Notes under the pieces: model-generated
The model's database searches: none
Told to the model about the DNA's origin: nothing
The model's input: the letters and a program-made list of their open reading frames with translations, nothing else
Virus record (IMG/VR): IMGVR_UViG_3300021959_000189
Span: 1-34,067 of that record
From: a virus
Taxonomy: Duplodnaviria; Caudoviricetes
Strand: one strand, 5' to 3'
Length of the DNA: 34,067 nt
Made by a program: the position numbers and the translations under genes
Shown here: piece by piece, positions 24,979-33,489 of the stretch
Numbering within the stretch: position 1 is the stretch's first letter
Layout: the number at the start of each line of letters is the position of its first letter

Positions 24979-25824
24979 TTATGCAGTTTGAGTGTATTGA
25001 ACTTTAACCAAACCACCTTCGTCGCGCACAACAGAGCCAGCCTTCAGCATGCCGTTACACAACCAAGAAGTACGCTCGGCAACCCAGTCGATCTCGGTCT
25101 TCATGTCGATACCAAGGGCAAGGCCCACAGCAGGACGCTGGAAGAAGTAAGAGTCAACTACGTTAGCAGCAACAGTCAGTCCACCTTCTACGCGAGACTC
25201 AAGAATTACAAACTTGAAGCCAGCCAGAGTGTCAACGTCACCGTTTACGAGTGCTTTAATAGCTTGATAGTCAGAAGAAGTTGCCTTCTCGTCGTTCAAC
25301 AGTCCACCTAGACCCAGTGCGTTTACAGCAGCAAACAACTCAGAGTTAGGAACACCTTGGTCGCGTAGCTCAACCTGGGCTTTAATTACTTTAGCCATGT
25401 TCAGGTTAGAAGCGTTGCCACCTACGTTAGTGCCGATAGTTGAGGTCAGAGGAGTAGAAGCATCCATAGCGTCGATAACAAGCTGGTCAGTACGTCGACC
25501 AAGAGCGCCAGCAATAGTGTTAGCCAGTTCCTGCTTCTCATCAAAGTTGACATCTTGAGCATCAAACATGTCAGTGTACTCTGGAGCATTCCAGTTGCTT
25601 AGAGTGGCAGTCTTAAATTCATGCGCCACATCCATAGGAGTTACCAGGTCAGAAGTAGACTTCTGGTTAGCAAGACCTTTACCCATACGACGAAACTTGT
25701 AAGTGTCGCCAACTACATTGTTGCGCTGTGTTACAGCACCCTTCAGCAGGCCCATGCCCTGATAGGCATGTTTAACCATACTGTCAAACTCCGTGACCGC
25801 CACGGCTGATAGATTTTTACTCAT
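24979..25824 (-). CDS. Major capsid protein
   Basis: F...VK.AYQ, EY.D.FD, ALGR..DQ..I motifs; follows the scaffold; GAGG RBS. Confidence 0.9.
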   Translation of the reverse strand: MSKNLSAVAVTEFDSMVKHAYQGMGLLKGAVTQRNNVVGDTYKFRRMGKGLANQKSTSDLVTPMDVAHEFKTATLSNWNAPEYTDMFDAQDVNFDEKQELANTIAGALGRRTDQLVIDAMDASTPLTSTIGTNVGGNASNLNMAKVIKAQVELRDQGVPNSELFAAVNALGLGGLLNDEKATSSDYQAIKALVNGDVDTLAGFKFVILESRVEGGLTVAANVVDSYFFQRPAVGLALGIDMKTEIDWVAERTSWLCNGMLKAGSVVRDEGGLVKVQYTQTA

Positions 25825-25861
25825 AGTAGATTCCTCGAAAAAGAGTAAATTAAAAAGTTTT

Positions 25862-25938
25862 TCAAGGTTTTTGCTGAGTACCCAGTAAATTGGTCAGCAT
25901 CCAACCTAATTTACTGGGCCTTAAAGAAAGGGTATCCA
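25862..25938 (-). ncRNA. Structured leader (pseudoknot) of the capsid mRNA
   Basis: 11-bp perfect stem (25881-25891/25908-25918) whose loop is complementary to downstream TCAGCA and AACCT. Confidence 0.55.
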
Positions 25939-25946
25939 GTTTTTGA

Positions 25947-25976
25947 ATTATACCCTGAATACCCCTATTGGATCAA
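25947..25976 (-). promoter_or_regulatory. Putative sigma70 promoter for the capsid genes
   Basis: TTGATC-18-TATAAT. Confidence 0.5.
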
Positions 25977-26710
25977 CCAACAGTGCGTTGGTGCGGCCTG
26001 TCGCCACCAAAGTCTTGCATCATCTTCTGTATTTTTGCTTCATGGCTTCTATCAGCACTACGCAGTAACCCACCATGCTCATCTTTCTTGAACATCTCAG
26101 CCTCAATGTCTGACCATGTAAGACCTGTAGGGCTTTCACCACCGTCAATAGGTAGCTTAGTAGGGGCTGTAGCTGACACTAGCATCTCAATTAACTGCAC
26201 TGATTCTGCTGTAGTTACTAGATCACGGGCAACATCAAAGTCTTCAGCACTCATATTGTTCTTCATAAAGCCTTCAATCGTCTTAATTCGCTGCTGTGCG
26301 TTGTCACCTAACTTAGCTAACTCTTGCTCCTGCTCAACCTGCTCAACAGCCTCAGATTGTGCGGTTAACAGTTCCCAAGCATCGTTAAATGCGTCCTGAG
26401 ACATGTTGGTCTTGTTAGCAAACTCGGTAAGCTCCTCTAGTAGAGCGTCACCAGACTCAATACCTTCAGGGCCAGCATAGCCATCTTTAGGTGCGCCTGT
26501 AAATCCACCAAACTTCTTCTCTAATTCTGTATACGCTTTAGCCTGCTCTGCAACAGACTTGTATTTATTAGGGTTGTACCACTCAGGCATATCGCCTGCA
26601 CCCTTAATACCATCTGATAAAAAGTATTCACCTTCACTTAACTCTGGCGATGACTGATCTAACAGGGTATCGCTTGTTGTTTCTTCTACTGCGGCCTGTT
26701 CTTCTGACAT
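25973..26710 (-). CDS. Capsid scaffolding/assembly protein
   Basis: Acidic; PEW...KY.......KAY.ELEKKFG...GAP; immediately upstream of the capsid gene. Confidence 0.85.
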   Translation of the reverse strand: MSEEQAAVEETTSDTLLDQSSPELSEGEYFLSDGIKGAGDMPEWYNPNKYKSVAEQAKAYTELEKKFGGFTGAPKDGYAGPEGIESGDALLEELTEFANKTNMSQDAFNDAWELLTAQSEAVEQVEQEQELAKLGDNAQQRIKTIEGFMKNNMSAEDFDVARDLVTTAESVQLIEMLVSATAPTKLPIDGGESPTGLTWSDIEAEMFKKDEHGGLLRSADRSHEAKIQKMMQDFGGDRPHQRTVG

Positions 26711-27033
26711 TAAATTTTCTCCCAGGGTAGGTCGATAATCTTTCTCGTCTTCCCTAATGGTTGGTGTTTAAGTTTTATCTCGCATAACTTGCGCTGTCCA
26801 TTGAGCAAGGCGAGAGAGTTAACGTCGATCCATTCAACGCTTTTGCCATCCTTATTACAACGGAATGCACAAAACTTGCCTACATAATCATAGCCATCAA
26901 ACTTATACTGTTTAGCTAAGTCATCTAGCCATTCCATCTTAAAGCCAATTTTATCTAAGTACTTCTTAGACTCATCACCCATAAGAACTTTTGGCGTTAC
27001 CTTTACGGCACGTTTCTTAACTTCTTTAGTCAT
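26710..27033 (-). CDS. Hypothetical protein
   Basis: Start and stop overlap both neighbours. Confidence 0.7.
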   Translation of the reverse strand: MTKEVKKRAVKVTPKVLMGDESKKYLDKIGFKMEWLDDLAKQYKFDGYDYVGKFCAFRCNKDGKSVEWIDVNSLALLNGQRKLCEIKLKHQPLGKTRKIIDLPWEKI

Positions 27034-27314
27034 AGTATTTCTGCTTGGTTTATTTGATTAATTATGAATTTAACTACACCTGACTCACCGTTATGGTAAG
27101 CAGATTCGTAGTTTACATTAGGGGAGCCAAAAGAAGTGTCATTATCGTAGATAAATCGTTTGTGTAGATCAGCAATGACTTGCTTACCTTCTTCAGAGTT
27201 GAAGCAACGATTGTATGCTTTAGCTAGTTCAGCAGCTTGTGACCGTTTTTTAGCCGTCTGCTTTTTTGCGGCCTCTGGGTTAACAGAAGCCTTCTCGATG
27301 TCGTCCCAACTCAT
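27030..27314 (-). CDS. Bbp19-like portal-adjacent protein
   Basis: Y...F.S.EG..V..DL...F...AY..G...VV..I pattern. Confidence 0.7.
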   Translation of the reverse strand: MSWDDIEKASVNPEAAKKQTAKKRSQAAELAKAYNRCFNSEEGKQVIADLHKRFIYDNDTSFGSPNVNYESAYHNGESGVVKFIINQINQAEIL

Positions 27315-28876
27315 TGTACTGGCGGTTGGCTCGTAGCCATTCCAGCTTGTTCAGCTTGTGCGCCAGCCTGAATGATTTGTTGTTTCTCTGATTCGCTTCG
27401 CAATAGTTCAGCAGGCATACCAGTTTTACCTCCAGCCCATGTACCAAAGTCTTCCATCTTAAAGGAGATCATGGCTTGGTCTGGGCCAGCAGTCTGCAAT
27501 ACAAATGCTACAGCCTGTTGCACTGACATCAGGTCTTCACCATCTTGCGCCTTAGCTAATGGAGACAAGAATTTAATATCTACGTCTTTATTATCTAACT
27601 GTATAGGGGTAATTAGTCCTCTACGAGTTAGAATAGCAGCTACACGCTTGATGATAGGGATTAATACTTCGGTCTGCAAGCGCCCAAACGCAGAACCAAT
27701 ACGTTTTGCTAGTTCTCTGGACTCTATAGCTACCTCAGTAGCACTGCGTACAGCACCATTAGGGTCGCGTAGATCGTTAAACAAGGCACGTTTGATAGCA
27801 GTCTGTAGCTCGTTAATCTCAAACTGCGCTAATGACAGGTTACTACCCGTGTCTAAACGCTGTATTGAAGGATTAGCAGAGTTGTTAGAACCTACAGGAA
27901 TAACAATGCCTGGGCTTATACTAATATTGTAGGGGTTGGTTACACCGTCATCAGTCGCTGTGTACATACCCGCTAGATCAATGGCTGCTTTCTGTAGTAC
28001 AAACTCTTTTGCTTTGTTCAAAGAGCGTACATCAGGCAATGCTTGTAGCGCAGGGCCACGACCACGAATCTCACCAGATACTTTAGAGTAACGGCCAGTT
28101 AACCAAGGGCTAGATGTACCGTAGTCTTCCATCCAGCTAATAGAATCTTCATCTTTAACCCACACACAACCGTAGTAGGTCTTAGCTTTAGGCATAAATA
28201 CAACACCCTCACTAATCTCTACGTCTTTGTCTGGTGAATTTTTAATGACATTCTTGATCTTCTCAGAAGGCTTAAACCCTCTCCACTGACGCTCTAGGTT
28301 ACGCGCTTTAACAGTGAATCGTCGCCAATGTGTTTCGATAGAACCGTATGGGCCTTCCTCAAACGCTATACCCTTCTGTGGGATAGCATTAAAGATAAGG
28401 GGCATGTTGTCATCATCGTTCTCATCAATGCGTAGTGAGCCTGTACCGACTAAAAGGTCTAGGGCATGCTCGTAAAACTGCGTAGCAAAGTTAGAACGGT
28501 TGATGTAATCAAAAATAATAACAGCCTGCTTCTCCAGGTTATCCCTTATCTCTTGTTCTGTTACACCGTAGTCGCCAGTCTCAAGCATTTCTATTACTTG
28601 ATCAGACGGAGCAAACGTAGCCCAGCGCGACCAGATAGGTGCAATGTTTTCTTGCAGCTTACTAGCGCCTTGTTGAATTGCCTCAAGAGCAGTGGAGTCG
28701 AATATACGCTCCATCTTCTTCTGGCCTCTGCGATTAGTGTCAAACAAGTTCCTGTTAGGTAGGAAAAATTCGTACACATCATCTAGCGTATCGTGCCACA
28801 TCATAGCATTCTCAAATGCCTTGGCCTCACGCCTTTTAAGGTCAGCTAAAGACCCTAACTCTTTTGGTAATTCCAT
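27311..28876 (-). CDS. Portal (head-tail connector) protein
   Basis: IFDSTA, R.....GE..GRGP...ALPD...LN, SATEV and SPLA.AQ motifs of T7-like portals. Confidence 0.93.
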   Translation of the reverse strand: MELPKELGSLADLKRREAKAFENAMMWHDTLDDVYEFFLPNRNLFDTNRRGQKKMERIFDSTALEAIQQGASKLQENIAPIWSRWATFAPSDQVIEMLETGDYGVTEQEIRDNLEKQAVIIFDYINRSNFATQFYEHALDLLVGTGSLRIDENDDDNMPLIFNAIPQKGIAFEEGPYGSIETHWRRFTVKARNLERQWRGFKPSEKIKNVIKNSPDKDVEISEGVVFMPKAKTYYGCVWVKDEDSISWMEDYGTSSPWLTGRYSKVSGEIRGRGPALQALPDVRSLNKAKEFVLQKAAIDLAGMYTATDDGVTNPYNISISPGIVIPVGSNNSANPSIQRLDTGSNLSLAQFEINELQTAIKRALFNDLRDPNGAVRSATEVAIESRELAKRIGSAFGRLQTEVLIPIIKRVAAILTRRGLITPIQLDNKDVDIKFLSPLAKAQDGEDLMSVQQAVAFVLQTAGPDQAMISFKMEDFGTWAGGKTGMPAELLRSESEKQQIIQAGAQAEQAGMATSQPPVQ

Positions 28877-28878
28877 AG

Positions 28879-29187
28879 TTATTTCGCTTTTACTGTATTA
28901 TCAATAGCAGATTGGTAGCTTCTATTAGGACTAGCAATTAATCCCATACCTCTTGGCGCTCTAGCCCTGAAACTCATTGCGCCACCGCCAGCCCTGCCGC
29001 GACCTTGATTGTTCTTAGAACCCATAGGAGTAGCTTTGGCTAACAATGATTTAGAACCACCAGTGCCTCTAACTATCGCTTTCGTGCGCTTTTCTTCCTC
29101 TTCCATTTCCTCTTCAATTAGCCTGCTTTGGCGCTCTTCTTGCGCTAACTGGGATGCGTCAGGTTTAGGTGCTTTTGGTGCTTTCAT
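28879..29187 (-). CDS. Small basic virion-associated protein upstream of the portal
   Basis: PKAPKP N-terminus, charged helix and G.KSLL motif; position is typical of podoviruses. Confidence 0.65.
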   Translation of the reverse strand: MKAPKAPKPDASQLAQEERQSRLIEEEMEEEEKRTKAIVRGTGGSKSLLAKATPMGSKNNQGRGRAGGGAMSFRARAPRGMGLIASPNRSYQSAIDNTVKAK

Positions 29188-29533
29188 AATGCTTTCTCAT
29201 ATACTTAAAGAGTTGATAGGGTGTCCATATAAATGGTTTGTTGATACCCAGTAGTTGTTTAGTGTGTCCTACGCAAGTATTAAGCATGAACAAACCCCTG
29301 ACAGGGTTCTTTTGCTTATACCCCATCATAATAAAAGGTTCGTCAAGTATAACATTTTTGTCAGTCACGGTGAACAAGTCAAATATGTCAACTGTTCTGC
29401 CGTGGACAATGTAGTCCTGCCCGTTAGGTTTAAGGACAAAGCAGTGTTTGATCTCTTTATGTAGGAACCTGGACCACCAATGCCCGTCATCATCCATAAA
29501 TACCACGAATATGTCAGAAGACACTGAACCCAA
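29165..29533 (-). CDS. Hypothetical protein, possible permuted papain-like fold
   Basis: HCFV...TCV...LG.....WTPYQL; His precedes Cys. Confidence 0.55.
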   Translation of the reverse strand: MGSVSSDIFVVFMDDDGHWWSRFLHKEIKHCFVLKPNGQDYIVHGRTVDIFDLFTVTDKNVILDEPFIMMGYKQKNPVRGLFMLNTCVGHTKQLLGINKPFIWTPYQLFKYMRKHYESTKST

Positions 29534-30974
29534 CCTTAGCTGTAATAGGCTTATCGTACTTACCAGACCTGCTTAACGCGGAACGTCCCTCACCTTCACC
29601 CTGTAATGCGTACTCTAGGGCTTCTACTGGGTGGGAATATTCGTTCTTATCGGGTTCATCAGTGTATCTCTCCCCTGTTGTCTGCACTCTACGGTAGCAG
29701 AAACCACCTTGTAGACCTTTACGGATCATTGAGGCTTTGGGTAGGACAGTGAATCGTGGTTTTCCATCCATGCACATCTCTTTCATGGGCACTTCTAGGG
29801 CTGCTCTACGCTTTAGTGGATCGTTCGATTGGGTGGGCTGACAGGGTATGCCAGCCGCCCGCATGATTTGGAATGGAGTTTCACTGTTTGACTGATTTTT
29901 GTTCTGTCCACTAGGATCGCCCCATCCTTTAAATTCGTGGTCTGGGTACATCTCTTCAATATAGCGCTTGAGTGTCGGAGCAAAGTCCACTGCACCCGAA
30001 TCGGTAAGTACCATCTCATCAAAACACACCCACCTTCCTATGGAAGTTCGTTGTAAAAACGCACACGCTGGTGTACGACCAAAGTCAAAGCCAAGAACAA
30101 TAGGATAATCCTTGGTAGGTTGAAAGTCTAAGTGTTGACAGTGTACTGAATCGGTATACATGGGGTGTACAGGCTTGCCGTTAGACACAAAGCCGTACTC
30201 ATTAGCCAAGTTAACCTTGATCCAGTCGTTAGTCTTGCCGTTTAGACCACGTTTATAGTATTCATTGGGCAGGTTAATCAGGTTTTCAGCGTCATCATTG
30301 ATCTTCCACGCCTCACCATCCTTGAATACACCGCCAGGTTGCCTAAAAAATGACCAATCTTCAGGGCGTTCTATCTCTGCTAGTTTAAAGTACCAGTGGT
30401 CTTCGTCAGGGGCGTTACTATCCCCTATCATTCCGTGGTGTGTAGGACGCGCTCCCTCCTTGTTTGAGGGGTATCTACCGTGTCGTAGGTCAAGCATGTC
30501 TAAAACAGCCTTAGAATGCTCCTTAGTCTCGTTTAACCACACCCAAGTAGTCTGGATACCACGGGCTTTCTTAACGTGTTCAGGGCGGTCAAAGGCGATA
30601 AACACGACATCACACTCTACCCTTGTACCGTCCTCTAAATTAAACCTAATGAAGTGCGTAGGGGGCTCTTTATTACCCTGTTTGAAGTCACCTAGTTCTC
30701 CATGTATCTCTAGCCAGTCTTTAATCGTGGTAGAGAACAGTTCAGAGTAGGTGTTACGGGCTGCAATTACGCGGGACAAGCGCACACCATAGTTCTTGTG
30801 TTCAGGGTCAGACACAGGAGCCTGTTCACACATCAAGTCAAACAGTTTAAGGATACATTGAACGGTCTTGCCAGAGCCGAGTGGCCCCATGATGAAGGAG
30901 TTTCTAGCCCTACAGTCAGCAAAATCCTGTAGAACCTGGCCTTGTGGCATAAGGTTGTATTCAATCTGACTCAT
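29514..30974 (-). CDS. terL: Terminase large subunit
   Basis: Walker A GPLGSGKT, Walker B WVWLNE, coupling DSN, nuclease GFDFG and GDPSG, and SHPVEALEY. Confidence 0.93.
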   Translation of the reverse strand: MSQIEYNLMPQGQVLQDFADCRARNSFIMGPLGSGKTVQCILKLFDLMCEQAPVSDPEHKNYGVRLSRVIAARNTYSELFSTTIKDWLEIHGELGDFKQGNKEPPTHFIRFNLEDGTRVECDVVFIAFDRPEHVKKARGIQTTWVWLNETKEHSKAVLDMLDLRHGRYPSNKEGARPTHHGMIGDSNAPDEDHWYFKLAEIERPEDWSFFRQPGGVFKDGEAWKINDDAENLINLPNEYYKRGLNGKTNDWIKVNLANEYGFVSNGKPVHPMYTDSVHCQHLDFQPTKDYPIVLGFDFGRTPACAFLQRTSIGRWVCFDEMVLTDSGAVDFAPTLKRYIEEMYPDHEFKGWGDPSGQNKNQSNSETPFQIMRAAGIPCQPTQSNDPLKRRAALEVPMKEMCMDGKPRFTVLPKASMIRKGLQGGFCYRRVQTTGERYTDEPDKNEYSHPVEALEYALQGEGEGRSALSRSGKYDKPITAKVGFSVF

Positions 30975-31129
30975 TTCTTAGCCCAATCTATAGCGTCATA
31001 GCCCTTCTTAAAGGCATTTCTAGTCTTCTTGTCAGACTTACGGGCATGGCTACCCTTACCACCATTAGACTCAGGGAAGTGCCTATCCCTGTCTTTCTTC
31101 TCCAGCTTGTGAACTAGACTCTGGCCCAT
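30971..31129 (-). CDS. Small basic hypothetical protein (52 aa)
   Basis: Hand-translated MGQSLVHKLEKKDRDRHFPESNGGKGSHARKSDKKTRNAFKKGYDAIDWAKK*; ATGA overlap with terL. Confidence 0.7.
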   Translation of the reverse strand: MGQSLVHKLEKKDRDRHFPESNGGKGSHARKSDKKTRNAFKKGYDAIDWAKK

Positions 31130-31265
31130 CGTACAAATCCTCTATAAAGTCGTTTAACAAGTATAATACTTCTCGCATAGCAATGGCATCCCTGTCCAAG
31201 AAAGCCTCTATAAACGCCTCTATGACCTCAGAATCAGTATCATCTAGTTCGTACTGTTCCCACAT
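31083..31265 (-). CDS. Small acidic hypothetical protein
   Basis: GGAGGA RBS; D/E-rich. Confidence 0.6.
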   Translation of the reverse strand: MWEQYELDDTDSEVIEAFIEAFLDRDAIAMREVLYLLNDFIEDLYDGPESSSQAGEERQG

Positions 31266-31450
31266 AACCAGTCCTCTAATATCATTTGTTTGCAGATGTC
31301 AATGTAGAATACGCTTTTTTCGTCGTTTAAGGTGCTTTTAAACTCAACCCCATCATCTGTAAGGATTATAACGATATGGTCTTTAGAAGCAATTACAGTG
31401 GCTTCTAGGGCATCTTCTATATCAGGTCGGAGCTTAATTACTTTGCTCAA
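31244..31450 (-). CDS. Small hypothetical protein
   Basis: TTG start with GAGG upstream; MSKVIKL N-terminus. Confidence 0.6.
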   Translation of the reverse strand: MSKVIKLRPDIEDALEATVIASKDHIVIILTDDGVEFKSTLNDEKSVFYIDICKQMILEDWLCGNSTN

Positions 31451-31520
31451 TTTTTTTTTGCCTCATGCATATATATACATAGATCGCGCGCCTTCGGGAG
31501 GGGGGGTCTATTGTTTGCAA

Positions 31521-31841
31521 CTAACTATTGGCATTGTCTGTGCCATTAGATTGACCGTCGTATCTCTTGCGCTGCACACTTACTGTTAGCCCCTGATCGC
31601 CTGAATGCTCAACAGCTTTTAATGTTGGCTGTATGTACTTGGTTACTCTGTCGAATGATTCAACAGCAGCTTTATAGTCTGATAGATCACCTGTTGATTC
31701 TGCGATTGATTTAATCTGTAAGCTACCCTCGATCATCTCCATGACTGGGTCAAAGTCAGGATACTTCTCTGCTAACCTCTCAGCCAATAGTCGCTTCAGT
31801 GGTTTATTACCTGATCCTTTCGGCCTTCCAATTGTTCCCAT
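31521..31841 (-). CDS. terS: Terminase small subunit (putative)
   Basis: GRPKGS.NK N-terminus and KY..P.LKAVEHSG C-terminus; first gene of the packaging operon. Confidence 0.7.
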   Translation of the reverse strand: MGTIGRPKGSGNKPLKRLLAERLAEKYPDFDPVMEMIEGSLQIKSIAESTGDLSDYKAAVESFDRVTKYIQPTLKAVEHSGDQGLTVSVQRKRYDGQSNGTDNANS

Positions 31842-31911
31842 ACTTAATAACTCCTATGCCATTGTTTTGTAACTGGTTAATAATTGACCAGGTTGATCAA
31901 AAAGTAACCAG

Positions 31912-31920
31912 ATTATACCA
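31912..31920 (-). promoter_or_regulatory. Extended -10 promoter for the packaging operon
   Basis: TGgTATAAT on the minus strand upstream of terS. Confidence 0.55.
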
Positions 31921-31939
31921 CTATATAGATGTACCCATT

Positions 31940-32006
31940 AAAAAAAGGAATAAAAAAACACTTTCTTTGTTTACAAGACGCAATGTTAGAGGTATAGTTT
32001 TACCTC
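31940..32006 (+). promoter_or_regulatory. Strong early sigma70 promoter with UP-like A-tracts
   Basis: TTTACA(31970)-17-TATAGT(31993), A-tracts upstream, and a GAGGTA-N6-TACCTC palindrome over the -10. Confidence 0.7.
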
Positions 32007-32028
32007 ATTAAACAAAAGGTATAAACAA

Positions 32029-32271
32029 ATGAGACAGTTAACCGCATACATAGCAGCACCAGTACTGACAGTTACAGGCTACCGATTCAGCAAAGCATGG
32101 AGGCATGGCGATACAGCATTTAAAGGCTTTGTATATGAGCATTTACTTTGCACCGTTAAGGCTAACATTGCCGCTGATACATTAAAGGCTAAGTTTAAGG
32201 TCTTACTAATAAAGGTAGGCATTATTAAAGTGTATCAAGTCGAAATATTTAAAATGAACAAGGGAGCGTAA
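32029..32271 (+). CDS. Early hypothetical protein
   Basis: First ORF after the early promoter; AAGG RBS. Confidence 0.55.
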   Translation: MRQLTAYIAAPVLTVTGYRFSKAWRHGDTAFKGFVYEHLLCTVKANIAADTLKAKFKVLLIKVGIIKVYQVEIFKMNKGA

Positions 32272-32274
32272 ACA

Positions 32275-32481
32275 ATGACATACCCACAAACTGACAACTG
32301 CTGCACTCGTATGGGATGGGATGAATTCCTTGTAGATATAGGCAATTACCAGCTGCACGTTAGCACTTCACCCACTACAGAAATGGAAGGCACATTTAAA
32401 GCATTTTGCCATTGTGAGCAAGAAATGATCTCAATTAATGGCTGGCTGATAGATTCAATTCAACTGATAGAGGAATCATAA
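32275..32481 (+). CDS. Early hypothetical protein
   Basis: GGAG RBS; TAAACAATG junction. Confidence 0.7.
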   Translation: MTYPQTDNCCTRMGWDEFLVDIGNYQLHVSTSPTTEMEGTFKAFCHCEQEMISINGWLIDSIQLIEES

Positions 32482-32484
32482 ACA

Positions 32485-32712
32485 ATGGGACATTTTCAAC
32501 AAATCGCAGTGGCAACAGCATTTGAGTTGCAGCACAACATGGAAATAGCGGCAGAGTTGCACCGCATGAAAGCTATCGATCTATACTACAATATGATAGG
32601 CGGCTTATATGGTGAGGTTCGCGACATCGGCAATGGTGAAATGGAAATAGAAGTACCTGCTAGGAATTCACGCACCGGATACCCAATTTTATTTACATTT
32701 GAGGGAGAATAG
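32485..32712 (+). CDS. Early hypothetical protein
   Basis: GAGGA RBS; TAAACAATG junction. Confidence 0.7.
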   Translation: MGHFQQIAVATAFELQHNMEIAAELHRMKAIDLYYNMIGGLYGEVRDIGNGEMEIEVPARNSRTGYPILFTFEGE

Positions 32713-32715
32713 ACA

Positions 32716-32886
32716 ATGCAATTCAACCCAGACAATGACCGTATTGAAGCGCAGTTGATAGCTGCGCGATACTTAGCCGACAAACTACAGGAGCGCAACC
32801 AGCGCAGGATAAACGCCTATTTTTATGTAATGGCTGGAATTGTCGCTGCCACCTACATTGTCGCGATGACCTTTTACTTTAGTTGA
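32716..32886 (+). CDS. Early small protein with C-terminal TM helix (56 aa)
   Basis: Hand-translated MQFNPDNDRIEAQLIAARYLADKLQERNQRRINAYFYVMAGIVAATYIVAMTFYFS*; GGAG RBS. Confidence 0.7.
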   Translation: MQFNPDNDRIEAQLIAARYLADKLQERNQRRINAYFYVMAGIVAATYIVAMTFYFS

Positions 32887-32894
32887 TACCATAC

Positions 32895-32920
32895 AGCGCA
32901 TTCACTGAGTGCGCTTTTTA
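32895..32920 (+). terminator. Hairpin/terminator within the early operon
   Basis: AGCGCATTC-act-GAGTGCGCT followed by TTTT. Confidence 0.55.
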
Positions 32921-32950
32921 GTACCAACCACAAACCAAAGGGAAACGATC

Positions 32951-33277
32951 ATGAAATACATTAAAAACGATTATGAATTAAAACAATTGGCACTCGACAT
33001 AGCACTCGAAGCGATTGAGGAAGTAAAAAACCACGGTGGCGACCATTACGAGCTTATAGACCAAGCCGCTGCTAGTAGTGAACACGCTATCTATACCTAC
33101 AAGGCAATTATGCTGTGCGCTAACTGCTGCACCGATGACGCGGAAGCAATGCTCGAAGATAACGGATACGAGCATTTCGAATCATTCGCACATCACGCAA
33201 GCATATTGGCTATAGTAACCATTCAAAACGCGGCATTGCAGGAATTTTACGAGTTAGGCGGGGAGGTGGCAGCATGA
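32951..33277 (+). CDS. Acidic early protein, possibly Ocr-like
   Basis: 108 aa with 20 D/E versus 5 K and no R; helical pattern resembling T7 gp0.3. Confidence 0.55.
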   Translation: MKYIKNDYELKQLALDIALEAIEEVKNHGGDHYELIDQAAASSEHAIYTYKAIMLCANCCTDDAEAMLEDNGYEHFESFAHHASILAIVTIQNAALQEFYELGGEVAA

Positions 33278-33489
33278 ATAATATAATCTATAATACAATA
33301 TCGGTGGAATATGGTGATAAACCAAGCGAGCATTGCCTATATTGGCAAGATGAAGATGGCAATAATTCAGAGTTTATATGTGTAGTTTATGGCTTTGAAA
33401 ATGCTGTTAGGGTTGCCAACGGCATAGCCTACGAGCAAGTAGAGTATGTTAAGCACCCCCTTAACAATTTAGATGATGTGGCAGTATGA
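33274..33489 (+). CDS. Acidic early hypothetical protein
   Basis: GGAGG RBS; ATGA overlaps at both ends. Confidence 0.7.
   Translation: MNNIIYNTISVEYGDKPSEHCLYWQDEDGNNSEFICVVYGFENAVRVANGIAYEQVEYVKHPLNNLDDVAV

Noticed and set aside
27372-27932. Long plus-strand ORFs opposite structural genes (also 30265-30750 and 25968-26399)
   Set aside because: Antisense shadows of well-supported genes, with no RBS or motifs.
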